From Candidatus Omnitrophota bacterium (lineage in GTDB: Bacteria > Omnitrophota > Gorgyraeia > Zapsychrales > Zapsychraceae): 64,000 bases of DNA. The DNA lies in the NCBI GenBank assembly GCA_020632515.1, contig JACKFK010000009.1:4476-68475 (forward strand). The letters are read 5' to 3'. Made by a program: the position numbers and the translations under genes. The notes under the pieces are model-generated. The model was given only the letters and a program-made list of their open reading frames with translations, searched no databases and was not told the DNA's origin. Below, piece after piece: positions 56,034-64,000 of the stretch. Position 1 is the stretch's first letter, and every line of letters begins with the position of its first letter.

Positions 56034-56987
56034 ATGACTGATTTAAAGAAGCGCACATTAGGGGATTATATTCTTATCGGATTAAAAGGTTTTGGCATGG
56101 GGATCGCAGATGTAATTCCAGGTGTTTCCGGCGGTACTATTGCGTTTATTTCCGGGATTTATGAAGAATTAATTGAATCCATTTGTTCACTTAATTGGAG
56201 CTTTGTAAAAGCTTTACTACGGTTTCAAGTGAAGGAAGCTCTAAACATTGTTGCATGGCCGTTTTTGGGTTCTCTTTTTACTGGGATTATTTTGGCTGTA
56301 TTAACATTTTCTAAAGTGTTGAGTTGGTTATTAACAAATAAGCCTGTTTTAATTAATGCCTTTTTTTTCGGACTGATTTTAGCGACGGTATTAATTATTG
56401 TTCGAATTATCAAAAAATGGTCAGTCTTAATTATTATGGTAATGATTGCCGCAGCTATTGGCGCTTATTATCTTGTGGCTATGGTGCCGGTGCATACACC
56501 TGAAACCTCATGGATGGTTTTTTTGAGTGGAGCTTTAGCTATTTGTGCCATGATTCTTCCAGGAATTTCCGGGGCTTTTATTTTGGTGTTATTAGGGAAA
56601 TATCATTTTATATTAGAGGCGATAAATCATCGGGAAATGGGAACGATATTTATTTTTCTTTCGGGGATTGTTGTTGGAATTTTAAGTTTTGTGCATTTAT
56701 TGCGCTGGCTATTCCATCATTTTCATGATCTAACTTTGGCTGTGTTATCTGGTTTTGTATTTGGTTCCTTAAATAAAATATGGCCCTGGAAGGAAACTCT
56801 TCGCGTTATGACCACGCATAAAGGGAAAGTTATTCCTTTAGAACAAGTGAATGTTTTGCCAGATGCGATCAATGGAGAAGTATTTTTGGCTATTGGTTTA
56901 ATTGTTTTTGGATTTGCAGTATCTTTTTTATTAAGTTTTATTCAAACGCCTAAAGATTTGCAGCGATTACATCATCCAAAAGCATAA
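56034..56987 (+). CDS. DUF368-family membrane protein (polyprenyl-phosphate transporter family)
   Basis: It has the duplicated motif IPGVSGGTIAFISGIYE / LPGISGAFILVLLGKY and about 8 TM helices. Confidence 0.75.
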   Translation: MTDLKKRTLGDYILIGLKGFGMGIADVIPGVSGGTIAFISGIYEELIESICSLNWSFVKALLRFQVKEALNIVAWPFLGSLFTGIILAVLTFSKVLSWLLTNKPVLINAFFFGLILATVLIIVRIIKKWSVLIIMVMIAAAIGAYYLVAMVPVHTPETSWMVFLSGALAICAMILPGISGAFILVLLGKYHFILEAINHREMGTIFIFLSGIVVGILSFVHLLRWLFHHFHDLTLAVLSGFVFGSLNKIWPWKETLRVMTTHKGKVIPLEQVNVLPDAINGEVFLAIGLIVFGFAVSFLLSFIQTPKDLQRLHHPKA

Positions 56988-57080
56988 GAATGGTCTTGAC
57001 AAAAGATTGGCAAATCTGTATCCTTTTTAAGGATTAAATCGACATTTTTTTCATTTATATCTACTAATAATAGGGCAATG

Positions 57081-57127
57081 AAGTCCTTCTTTGATGAAAG
57101 TTTCTTTAAAGAAGGACTTTTTTATTT
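57081..57127 (+). terminator. Hairpin plus U-tract between the DUF368 gene and amt
   Basis: The hairpin AAGTCCTTCTTT..AAAGAAGGACTT is followed by TTTTATTT. Confidence 0.6.
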
Positions 57128-57157
57128 ATATTAAATGATTAATTAAGGAGGAAATAT

Positions 57158-58486
57158 ATGAGAAAATTTTTAAAATTAATTTTAATAATGAGCGGAATAA
57201 TTATTCTTTTCCCGCAACATTCATTCGCTGAGGATGTTGGAGATTCAGGAATCACCGCCTGGATGCTTACTTCAACAACTTTGGTCTTGTTGATGGTGCC
57301 GGGACTTGCGCTTTTTTATGGAGGTTTGGTCAGGACAAAAAATGTAATCGGTACGATGATGCATAGTTATGCTTCAATGGCCATTATAGGAGTGTTATGG
57401 GCTGTTTGTGGATATGCTTTAAGTTTTGGCCCCAGTATTTTAGGCGGTTGGATTGGTTGGGATCCAAATTTGTTTTTCTTAGCTTCTCTTGATAATTCCG
57501 TTACTGAGGGCGGTATTCCAGATTATGTTTTCGCGATGTTTCAAGGAAAGTTCGCGATTATTACCCCTGCTTTGATTGCAGGAGCTTTTGCCGAACGGGT
57601 TCGATTTAAGAGTTATTGTATTTTTATTACACTTTGGACGCTTGTTGTGTATTGTCCTTTATGTCATTGGGTTTGGGCAGAAGATGGATTTTTATTCAAT
57701 ATGGGAGCTAATGGAGCTATTGATTTTGCCGGTGGAACAGTTGTGCATATTTCTTCGGGGATCAGTGCATTAGTTATTGCGCTTTATTGCGGTGTTAGAC
57801 GTGGTTATCCAAAAGTGGCAATGCATCCGAACAATTTAGTAATGACGTTGCTTGGGGCTGGGTTGCTTTGGGTTGGTTGGTTTGGATTTAATGCGGGCAG
57901 TTCTGTTAATAGTAACCTTGATACTGCACGGGCATTAACAGTCACACAAGTTGCCGCGGCTTCAGGCGCCTTAATGTGGATGATGATAGAAGCTGTCAAG
58001 CATTCTAAAGTAACAAGTTTGGGGTTAGCTTCTGGAATTTTGGCTGGATTAGTTGTAATTACGCCTGCAGCAGGAGTTGTTCAAGTTAAGGGCGCGATTG
58101 TTTTAGGATTTGTAGCTTCCTTTATCAGCTATATGGCTATTCAAATGAAAGCTAAACTCGGTTATGATGATACTTTAGATGTTTTTGGAATCCATGGTAT
58201 TTCCGGTATTGTTGGAGCGTTAGGTTTAACATTTTTTATCCGATCCAGTTGGATGCAGGAAGCAGCTGCGGCAACAAAAGAAGGAACATGGACGGTGTTA
58301 CAGCAGTTTGGCGTTCAATTAACTGCAACAGCCATTACAATTGTTTATGCGGTAGTGATGACGTTGATCGTAATAAAAATTGTTGATAAATTTTTTGGAT
58401 TTAGATTGTCAGCAAAAGAGGAAATGCAAGGGCTTGATTACAGTTTGCATGGTGAACATGGGTACGGGTTAATCAACTTGAACTAA
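57158..58486 (+). CDS. amt: Ammonium transporter
   Basis: It has AWMLTSTTLVLLMVPGLALFYGG, FAGGTVVHISSG, GWFGFNAGS and DDTLDVFGIHG. Confidence 0.9.
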   Translation: MRKFLKLILIMSGIIILFPQHSFAEDVGDSGITAWMLTSTTLVLLMVPGLALFYGGLVRTKNVIGTMMHSYASMAIIGVLWAVCGYALSFGPSILGGWIGWDPNLFFLASLDNSVTEGGIPDYVFAMFQGKFAIITPALIAGAFAERVRFKSYCIFITLWTLVVYCPLCHWVWAEDGFLFNMGANGAIDFAGGTVVHISSGISALVIALYCGVRRGYPKVAMHPNNLVMTLLGAGLLWVGWFGFNAGSSVNSNLDTARALTVTQVAAASGALMWMMIEAVKHSKVTSLGLASGILAGLVVITPAAGVVQVKGAIVLGFVASFISYMAIQMKAKLGYDDTLDVFGIHGISGIVGALGLTFFIRSSWMQEAAAATKEGTWTVLQQFGVQLTATAITIVYAVVMTLIVIKIVDKFFGFRLSAKEEMQGLDYSLHGEHGYGLINLN

Positions 58487-58515
58487 AATATTCGAATTAA
58501 AACTGGAGGATAATA

Positions 58516-58857
58516 ATGAAATTAATTACTGCGATTATTCAACCAGATAAACTGGATGAAGTAAAAGAAGCCTTAATTAAAGAAGATATTACGCGTTTAA
58601 CAGTAAGTCGTGTTACGGGACATGGACAAAAAATAGAAGAAGATTTATATAGAGGTCAGGAAGTTGGTATGGATTTAAGCCCGAAAGTCCGGCTGGAAAT
58701 TGCTTGCAATGATCAGTTTGTAGATATTATCTGCAATACGATTATTAATGCGGCCAGACATGATGAAGGAAAATTAGGTGATGGGAAAATATTTATTACA
58801 TCACTGGAGGAGTGTATTCGTATTCGCACCGGACAAAAAGGGGGCGAAGCTATTTAA
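58516..58857 (+). CDS. glnK: P-II nitrogen regulatory protein
   Basis: It has MKLITAIIQPDKLDEVKEAL, a T-loop containing Tyr (GHGQKIEEDLYRGQE) and DGKIFI. It is adjacent to amt. Confidence 0.85.
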   Translation: MKLITAIIQPDKLDEVKEALIKEDITRLTVSRVTGHGQKIEEDLYRGQEVGMDLSPKVRLEIACNDQFVDIICNTIINAARHDEGKLGDGKIFITSLEECIRIRTGQKGGEAI

Positions 58858-59575
58858 GTTCGGAAACGAGTTTTAATAATATTGTGCTTATCTTTTGTAT
58901 CGTTTGATTGATGGATTTTTGTTGTTTATCATTTAAGGCAAGATAATACGGAACATGCGGAAGAATATCAGAGATAAAAAAAAGGGCTAAGGCCCTTTTT
59001 TTTATGTGGGCGGCAGCAGAAAAACAAGCAGCAGCCTCTTGATCTATAAATTGAAAATTATGATTCTTGAAAAAATTAAGATATTGTTCTTCAAGAGCGA
59101 GTGAACCAAAAGAACAACCTTGAAGAAACTGAATGTTTTGGGATTCAGGAATCTTTTTTAAGGTCTTTAATAAGTTTGGGTGTGGTTGGCTGGGCTGGGC
59201 TGGTTTTATATTGCCAGTAAGAATTTCAGAAAAGCTTTCAATCGCAACCACCGATGTAGGGCAGATGATTTGCCCAAGGGTGTTTTCTAGCGAATTTGTA
59301 ATAACCCCGCAGGCTCCAAATAGAAGAATATTTTGACAAGGCGTGTCTTTTAGAAAAAGAACAGCATCTCCTACTTTTTGGGCGCCGATACCGGTATGGA
59401 TTAAAGTAAAACTGTCATTAGATACACTGGCAAAGAGTTTTGTTTTATGGAGTTTTTTAATATTGAGAAATTCCAGCAAATGTTTTGTTAAAAAGGGAGT
59501 CACGATACAGGTTTTTTTAACCTGATCGGATTCAATTCCGAAATGGGCTTTGAATTTTGAAATAGGATTACACAT
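58850..59575 (-). CDS. Nucleoside phosphorylase/nucleosidase superfamily (PNP_UDP_1-like) protein
   Basis: It has the motifs HTGIGAQKVG, LFGACGV and IDQEAAA in the expected order. Confidence 0.5.
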   Translation of the reverse strand: MCNPISKFKAHFGIESDQVKKTCIVTPFLTKHLLEFLNIKKLHKTKLFASVSNDSFTLIHTGIGAQKVGDAVLFLKDTPCQNILLFGACGVITNSLENTLGQIICPTSVVAIESFSEILTGNIKPAQPSQPHPNLLKTLKKIPESQNIQFLQGCSFGSLALEEQYLNFFKNHNFQFIDQEAAACFSAAAHIKKRALALFFISDILPHVPYYLALNDKQQKSINQTIQKISTILLKLVSELK

Positions 59576-59679
59576 ATTTTCTTTCTTTGTTTCGTTTGAA
59601 AATTAAGTTTATTTTAACCAGATTCTCATTATAATAAAGAAAATCTTTTAAATGAAGATAATTAAATTATAGGATCGTT

Positions 59680-60597
59680 GTGCAATTTAAAACTTTAGGC
59701 AATAGCAATTTAAATGTTTCGGTCATTGGATTAGGAACATGGGTTTTTGGTGGGGATCTTTGGGGGGGAAACCGAGAGTCTGATAGTATCGACGCGATTA
59801 GTGCCTGTTTGGATTATGGCGTTAATTTTATTGATACAGCGCCAATTTATGGTGACGGCCGTAGCGAAGAAATAATCGGCCGTGCGATTCGTAAACGTCG
59901 GGATAAAGTTATTATCGCTACTAAATGCGGTCTCATCAAAAAAGGGCGGGAAGTTTTACATGATCTTTCTCCGCAATCTATTCTTTCAGAAATTGATGAT
60001 TCGTTGCGCCGCTTGCGGTGTGATTATATTGATCTTTATCAATGTCATTGGCCGGATGAAAGAACTCCAATTAACGAAACTTTGACCACTCTTTTAGATT
60101 TAGTGCAGAAAGAAAAAATTCGTTATATCGGTATTTCTAATTATCCGCATAATCTTATGAATGATCCAATGATTTTAGAAAATGTGGTGTCATTGCAGAG
60201 TCAATATTCTATTCTTGATCGTAAAGTTGAAAAGGAAGATTTACCGTTTTGTGGTAAACATAATATTGGATTTATTGCTTATGGTGTTTTAGGTGGCGGT
60301 GTATTGAGTGGTAAATATAAGACAACCCCTGAATTTAAGAAACCAGATGCGCGTAAGCTCCTTTATAAATTTTATACAGAAACACCTTTGGAAAAGATTA
60401 ACAAATTTTTAAATAGTCTTGAAGAAATTAACCGCCCTTTCCATGAAATTGCAATCAATTGGATTCGTCAGAAAAAATTCGTGGGAAACGTTTTGGTGGG
60501 ATGCCGGAATCATAAACAAGTTATTGATAATGTTAAGGCTGTGCAGTGGAGTCTTACGAAAGAAGAAATAGCATTAATCGATCAGTTTCATCTATAG
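59680..60597 (+). CDS. Aldo/keto reductase (GTG start)
   Basis: It has LGTWVFGG, FIDTAPIYGDGRSEEIIG, ATKCG and IDLYQCHWPD. Confidence 0.8.
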   Translation: MQFKTLGNSNLNVSVIGLGTWVFGGDLWGGNRESDSIDAISACLDYGVNFIDTAPIYGDGRSEEIIGRAIRKRRDKVIIATKCGLIKKGREVLHDLSPQSILSEIDDSLRRLRCDYIDLYQCHWPDERTPINETLTTLLDLVQKEKIRYIGISNYPHNLMNDPMILENVVSLQSQYSILDRKVEKEDLPFCGKHNIGFIAYGVLGGGVLSGKYKTTPEFKKPDARKLLYKFYTETPLEKINKFLNSLEEINRPFHEIAINWIRQKKFVGNVLVGCRNHKQVIDNVKAVQWSLTKEEIALIDQFHL

Positions 60598-60607
60598 GAA
60601 ATCAAAA

Positions 60608-61951
60608 ATGGTTAGCGCGCAAAATATTACAGATTATATAGAAAAAGAATTTACACGATTTGGTTTTACAAAACGTCAGGAAGTATCAAGACTTTTATTT
60701 GAAATTGCAAAGCGGGATCAATGTCATTATTTGGATATTCTTAAAGATTGCACGGAAGGAGATTTTCAATTCGCGGATTTAAAGAAATATTTGCTTCAGC
60801 GCCGTTATCCGGTGCTTTCTCAAAAAAAGTCATCTTTAAGATTTCCTTTAACTAAATTGGATATCGATCCGGCTAATCGAGCGAATTTATCAGCTTTAAA
60901 AAGATTTTTAAACATTTATATCGAGAAAAAAGTTGCTGAATCTCCATTAGCTAAGCGTGTTACAGATTCTTTCCCAGAAGCGAAAGTAGAGATTATTGAT
61001 AGATATAAAGAGTATTTTGGTAAGATTCAATATTCAATTCAGGATTATAATCAACGGAAAGAAAGCCTTTTTATTGTTAAAGAAGAGTTTGATTTTTTTA
61101 AACGCTGCCCCTGTTCTAATGATTCAGTTTATTGTGGTTTACATGTGGTTAATCTCGGTAGTGGTTGTCCGCTTGAATGCGGATATTGTTATCTGCAAGG
61201 ATATATCAATTCACCTGGAATTATTTTACCAGGAAATATCGAAGACTTTTTTGAGCAGTTTAAACTCTATCGTGAAAAATATCGGCAGGATATTCGGGTA
61301 GGTTCAGGGGAAACAACTGATTCTTTAGTTTATGACCATATCACGGGTTTTTCTGCAGAGATTGTTAACTTTTTTAGGAAGTATCCCAAAAGTATTTTTG
61401 AATTTAAGACTAAGACGAATAATATTGATTTGCTTTTGACAGTCAACCCTTTGGATAACATTATCGTGTCTTGGACTATAAGCCCGGAACGCGTTGTTAA
61501 TTCTGTTGAACATTTTACTGCGTCATTGCAAGAAAGGTTGGAAGCTGCTTCGAAATGTGCGGACAAGGGATATAAAATTGGAATGCATTTTGATCCAATT
61601 ATTTATTATGCGAATTGGGAAGAAGAGTATCATGAGTTAGTAGATCAAGTTTTTAAGCATATCCCAAAGGAGCGATTAGCATGGTTTAGTGTGGGGACGT
61701 TACGAATGACACCGAAATTACGACATGTGATTGAAAATCGTTTTCCGGAAATCTCAATTTTGAATGAGGAGTTTCAAATTGGATATGATGGAAAGTTACG
61801 CTACGATGATCAAAGACGTTTTGAAATTTATGCGAAAGTAAAAAGTTGGATTCGTTCCTATTCAAAAGATATTTATATTTATTTGTGTATGGAAGAAAAG
61901 GTTATGTGCCAATCTGCGGATATAGGACCGGTAAAGAAATATTCATCATGA
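60608..61951 (+). CDS. Radical SAM protein of the spore-photoproduct-lyase-like family
   Basis: It has the CxxxCxxC motif (GCPLECGYCYLQG). The length and layout resemble SplB-type DNA repair lyases. Confidence 0.55.
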   Translation: MVSAQNITDYIEKEFTRFGFTKRQEVSRLLFEIAKRDQCHYLDILKDCTEGDFQFADLKKYLLQRRYPVLSQKKSSLRFPLTKLDIDPANRANLSALKRFLNIYIEKKVAESPLAKRVTDSFPEAKVEIIDRYKEYFGKIQYSIQDYNQRKESLFIVKEEFDFFKRCPCSNDSVYCGLHVVNLGSGCPLECGYCYLQGYINSPGIILPGNIEDFFEQFKLYREKYRQDIRVGSGETTDSLVYDHITGFSAEIVNFFRKYPKSIFEFKTKTNNIDLLLTVNPLDNIIVSWTISPERVVNSVEHFTASLQERLEAASKCADKGYKIGMHFDPIIYYANWEEEYHELVDQVFKHIPKERLAWFSVGTLRMTPKLRHVIENRFPEISILNEEFQIGYDGKLRYDDQRRFEIYAKVKSWIRSYSKDIYIYLCMEEKVMCQSADIGPVKKYSS

Positions 61952-61960
61952 GGTTATAAT

Positions 61961-62341
61961 ATGTTTAAAATTTTAGTTGTAGGGTTGGGAGGTTTTTTCG
62001 GCTCCATTTCCCGTTATTTATTGTCTAATTTAGTTTTTCAACTATCGGGGCAGCATTGGTTTCCGTTAGGCACTTTGACGGTAAATGTTTTAGGATGTTT
62101 GACGATCGGCTGGTTGGCAGGTTTGGCGGAAGTTAAAGCTGTTTTTAGTGAAGAAGTCAGATTGTTTTTGTTGGTTGGTTTTTTAGGAGGTTTTACGACC
62201 TTTTCTTCATTTGGCCATGAAACGGTCAATCTTTTTCGGGATTCTCAAAATCTCTTTGCGATGCTTAATATCTCTTTGCAAATTGGGCTTTGTTTGGGCG
62301 CGGCTTGGCTTGGATATCATATTGCAAATATTTCTTTATAA
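61961..62341 (+). CDS. crcB: Fluoride ion channel
   Basis: It has GGFFGSISRY and GFLGGFTTFSSF, four TM helices and a length of 126 aa. Confidence 0.85.
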   Translation: MFKILVVGLGGFFGSISRYLLSNLVFQLSGQHWFPLGTLTVNVLGCLTIGWLAGLAEVKAVFSEEVRLFLLVGFLGGFTTFSSFGHETVNLFRDSQNLFAMLNISLQIGLCLGAAWLGYHIANISL

Positions 62342-62472
62342 CTTCTTAAAAATATTTAAGTTAGGGTGAAGGTCTGTATGGCTAGTTATAGGGTTGTCAT
62401 AAAGTCAATAATTTGCACTATTTAGGAACTGTGTTATACTTTAATTAAGTGTTTAATTTAAATTAATAAATT

Positions 62473-62925
62473 ATGAAAACTTATCCATTTATAATATGTA
62501 ATTTCGTTATTATATTTCTATTTTCTGTCGCTACAGATGTATTAGCGATTGAAGCTAGTTATTATACACGAGTTAAGTTTAAAGAAGCTACAGGTAGGGC
62601 TTGGTACAGTGTTTCAGAAAAGGAACAAAAGGAATTTTTAAAAAAGATTAAGGGTGAAAATGTTGAAAAGGCGGCAAAAAGGGAAAAGAAAATAAAAGAT
62701 ACAAAAAGAAAAGAAGACGCGAAAGAGCGTGCAAGAAAAAAAGAGGAATTTAAAAAACGTAAAGAAAAACGTTTGGAGGTAATGAAGAAAAAAAGAAAGA
62801 AAAAGAAAGAAATACAAGAAAAAAAGGCGAAAGAGAGACGGCGTAAGGAGCGAGAAAAAGAATTAAGTGATATGAAAAAAGAATTTCGACGGCTGCATAA
62901 AGAGGCTCAAAGAAGACGAAGATAA
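62473..62925 (+). CDS. Secreted K/E/R-rich low-complexity protein
   Basis: An N-terminal hydrophobic signal is followed by about 100 aa of KKE/RKE runs. Confidence 0.45.
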   Translation: MKTYPFIICNFVIIFLFSVATDVLAIEASYYTRVKFKEATGRAWYSVSEKEQKEFLKKIKGENVEKAAKREKKIKDTKRKEDAKERARKKEEFKKRKEKRLEVMKKKRKKKKEIQEKKAKERRRKEREKELSDMKKEFRRLHKEAQRRRR

Positions 62926-62984
62926 ATCCCGCATTTAATAATTCCTTCAATAATAAATTTCAAGTATAATCATTTCTAATTATA

Positions 62985-64000
62985 ATGACTAATTTTCTAG
63001 AACAGCTGAGCAGTTTTGTTTGGGGCCTGCCTTTAATGGTTCTTTTAGTCGGAACGGGTTTGTATTTGACCTTTAAATTGTCTGGCATTCAATTTAAAGG
63101 TTTTTTTAATGCTTGGAAAATAATCAGTGGAAAATATGATAGAACAACTGATCCTGGCGAGATTTCCCATTTTCGTGCGTTGACAACAGCTTTATCCGCT
63201 ACTATTGGTACAGGTAATATTGTTGGAGTGGCTGCGGCAATTTTAACTGGAGGTCCTGGGGCGGTATTTTGGATGTGGGTGACAGCTTTGGTAGGAATGG
63301 CGACAAAATTTACCAGTTGCACGTTGGCGGTTCATTTTCGAAAGATTGATGCGTATGGTGAGACGCATGGAGGGCCTATGCATTTTATTGAAATCGGAAT
63401 GGGGAAGAGCTTTAAATGGTTAGCGATTTTGTTTGCGACGTTTACGGCCTTGGCGAGTTTTGGCATCGGAAATATGTTTCAAGTGAACAATGTTGTTTCG
63501 GCTGTAAACGGATTAATATATGGGGAAGGCCATGCGATTCAGACAAACACACGCGTCATTGCAGGAGGGATTATTGCTGTTTTAGTTGCTGTTGTTATTC
63601 TTGGGGGAATTCGACGGATTGCGCAGGTCACCAGTAAGTTGGTGCCAGTTATGTGTGCGTTTTATTTTTTTGCCGGAATCATTATTCTCATTAAGAATGT
63701 GCATTTAATTCTTCCGGGATTTCAATTAATATTTGAGCAAGCTTTTCATGCCCCGCAGGCCATTGAAGGAGGTTTATTAGGTGGAGTGATTAGGGCTGGA
63801 GTCGCGCGCGGGTTGTTTTCAAATGAAGCTGGATTAGGAAGTGCCGCCATGGCTCATTCTGCCGCGCGCACAAAAGAACCTGTTCGTGAAGGATTAGTTG
63901 CAATGTTAGGACCATTTATCGATACAATTGTGATTTGTAGCATTACCGCGTTAGTTATTATTTGTACAGGCGTTTATGAAACCGTTACAATAAAAGGTCA
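62985..64000 (+). CDS. Sodium:alanine (AGCS-family) symporter, 3' end outside the window; absent from the ORF track
   Basis: Manual translation from the ATG at 62985 is open to the window end. It reads MTNFLEQLSSFVWGLPLMVLLVGTGLYLTF..ALTTALSATIGTGNIVGVAAAI..GGPMHFIE..NEAGLGSAAMAHSAA, which carries AGCS hallmarks. Confidence 0.8.
   Translation, partial: MTNFLEQLSSFVWGLPLMVLLVGTGLYLTFKLSGIQFKGFFNAWKIISGKYDRTTDPGEISHFRALTTALSATIGTGNIVGVAAAILTGGPGAVFWMWVTALVGMATKFTSCTLAVHFRKIDAYGETHGGPMHFIEIGMGKSFKWLAILFATFTALASFGIGNMFQVNNVVSAVNGLIYGEGHAIQTNTRVIAGGIIAVLVAVVILGGIRRIAQVTSKLVPVMCAFYFFAGIIILIKNVHLILPGFQLIFEQAFHAPQAIEGGLLGGVIRAGVARGLFSNEAGLGSAAMAHSAARTKEPVREGLVAMLGPFIDTIVICSITALVIICTGVYETVTIKG

Noticed and set aside
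61952-61960. A fluoride riboswitch upstream of crcB.
   Set aside because: Only 9 nt separate crcB from the preceding radical SAM gene, so there is no room for an aptamer. I saw no crcB-motif-like sequence upstream of 60608 either.
1-64000. tRNA, rRNA, tmRNA or RNase P genes in the intergenic gaps.
   Set aside because: Inspection of all gaps over 70 nt found no cloverleaf-compatible or otherwise recognisable structured RNA. The exceptions are the riboswitch-like leader and the csp leader. This remains a by-eye negative and should be confirmed with tRNAscan-SE and Infernal.

Overview
This is a low-GC (AT-rich) bacterial chromosome segment, probably from an uncultivated diderm. The diderm call rests on an Mla lipid-transport operon, outer-membrane beta-barrel paralogs and PEP-CTERM sorting signals; a candidate-phylum or Omnitrophota-like origin is only a guess. 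I recognised no rRNA, tRNA or CRISPR. About 65 CDS are supportable, mostly housekeeping or envelope genes: purU, mlaEFDCA, pilT, cspA, ptsP, amt-glnK, crcB, an S8 subtilase, a Deg-like protease, DUF368, two-component proteins and a vapBC pair. The accessory content is concentrated on the left. (1) A 5'-truncated giant RHS/YD polymorphic toxin is visibly GC-richer than the bulk of the window. It has an in-frame low-complexity repeat element, a tandem array of beta-sandwich and FN3 domains sitting between YD repeats, an AT-rich C-terminal cassette with a glycine-zipper region, and a downstream lipoprotein that is a candidate immunity gene. (2) Next to it lie an IS481-type transposase remnant, REP-like repeats, and two divergent IS200/RAYT-type Y1 transposases bracketing a GC-rich lamin-tail-domain gene. 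(3) A family of intergenic foldback elements built from GTCACAAR octamer arrays occurs four times, one copy read through inside the RHS ORF. Further right there is a probable c-di-GMP module: a PAS-GAF-AGDEF cyclase, then a GEMM-I-like leader with a terminator in front of a 1352-aa secreted lyase-like protein that carries a repeated four-Cys module. Other notable genes are a bacterial SET-domain protein with a basic tail and a 1165-aa secreted coiled-coil protein. A sodium:alanine symporter gene at the right edge is missing from the ORF track. All family calls come from motif recognition by eye; no searches were run.
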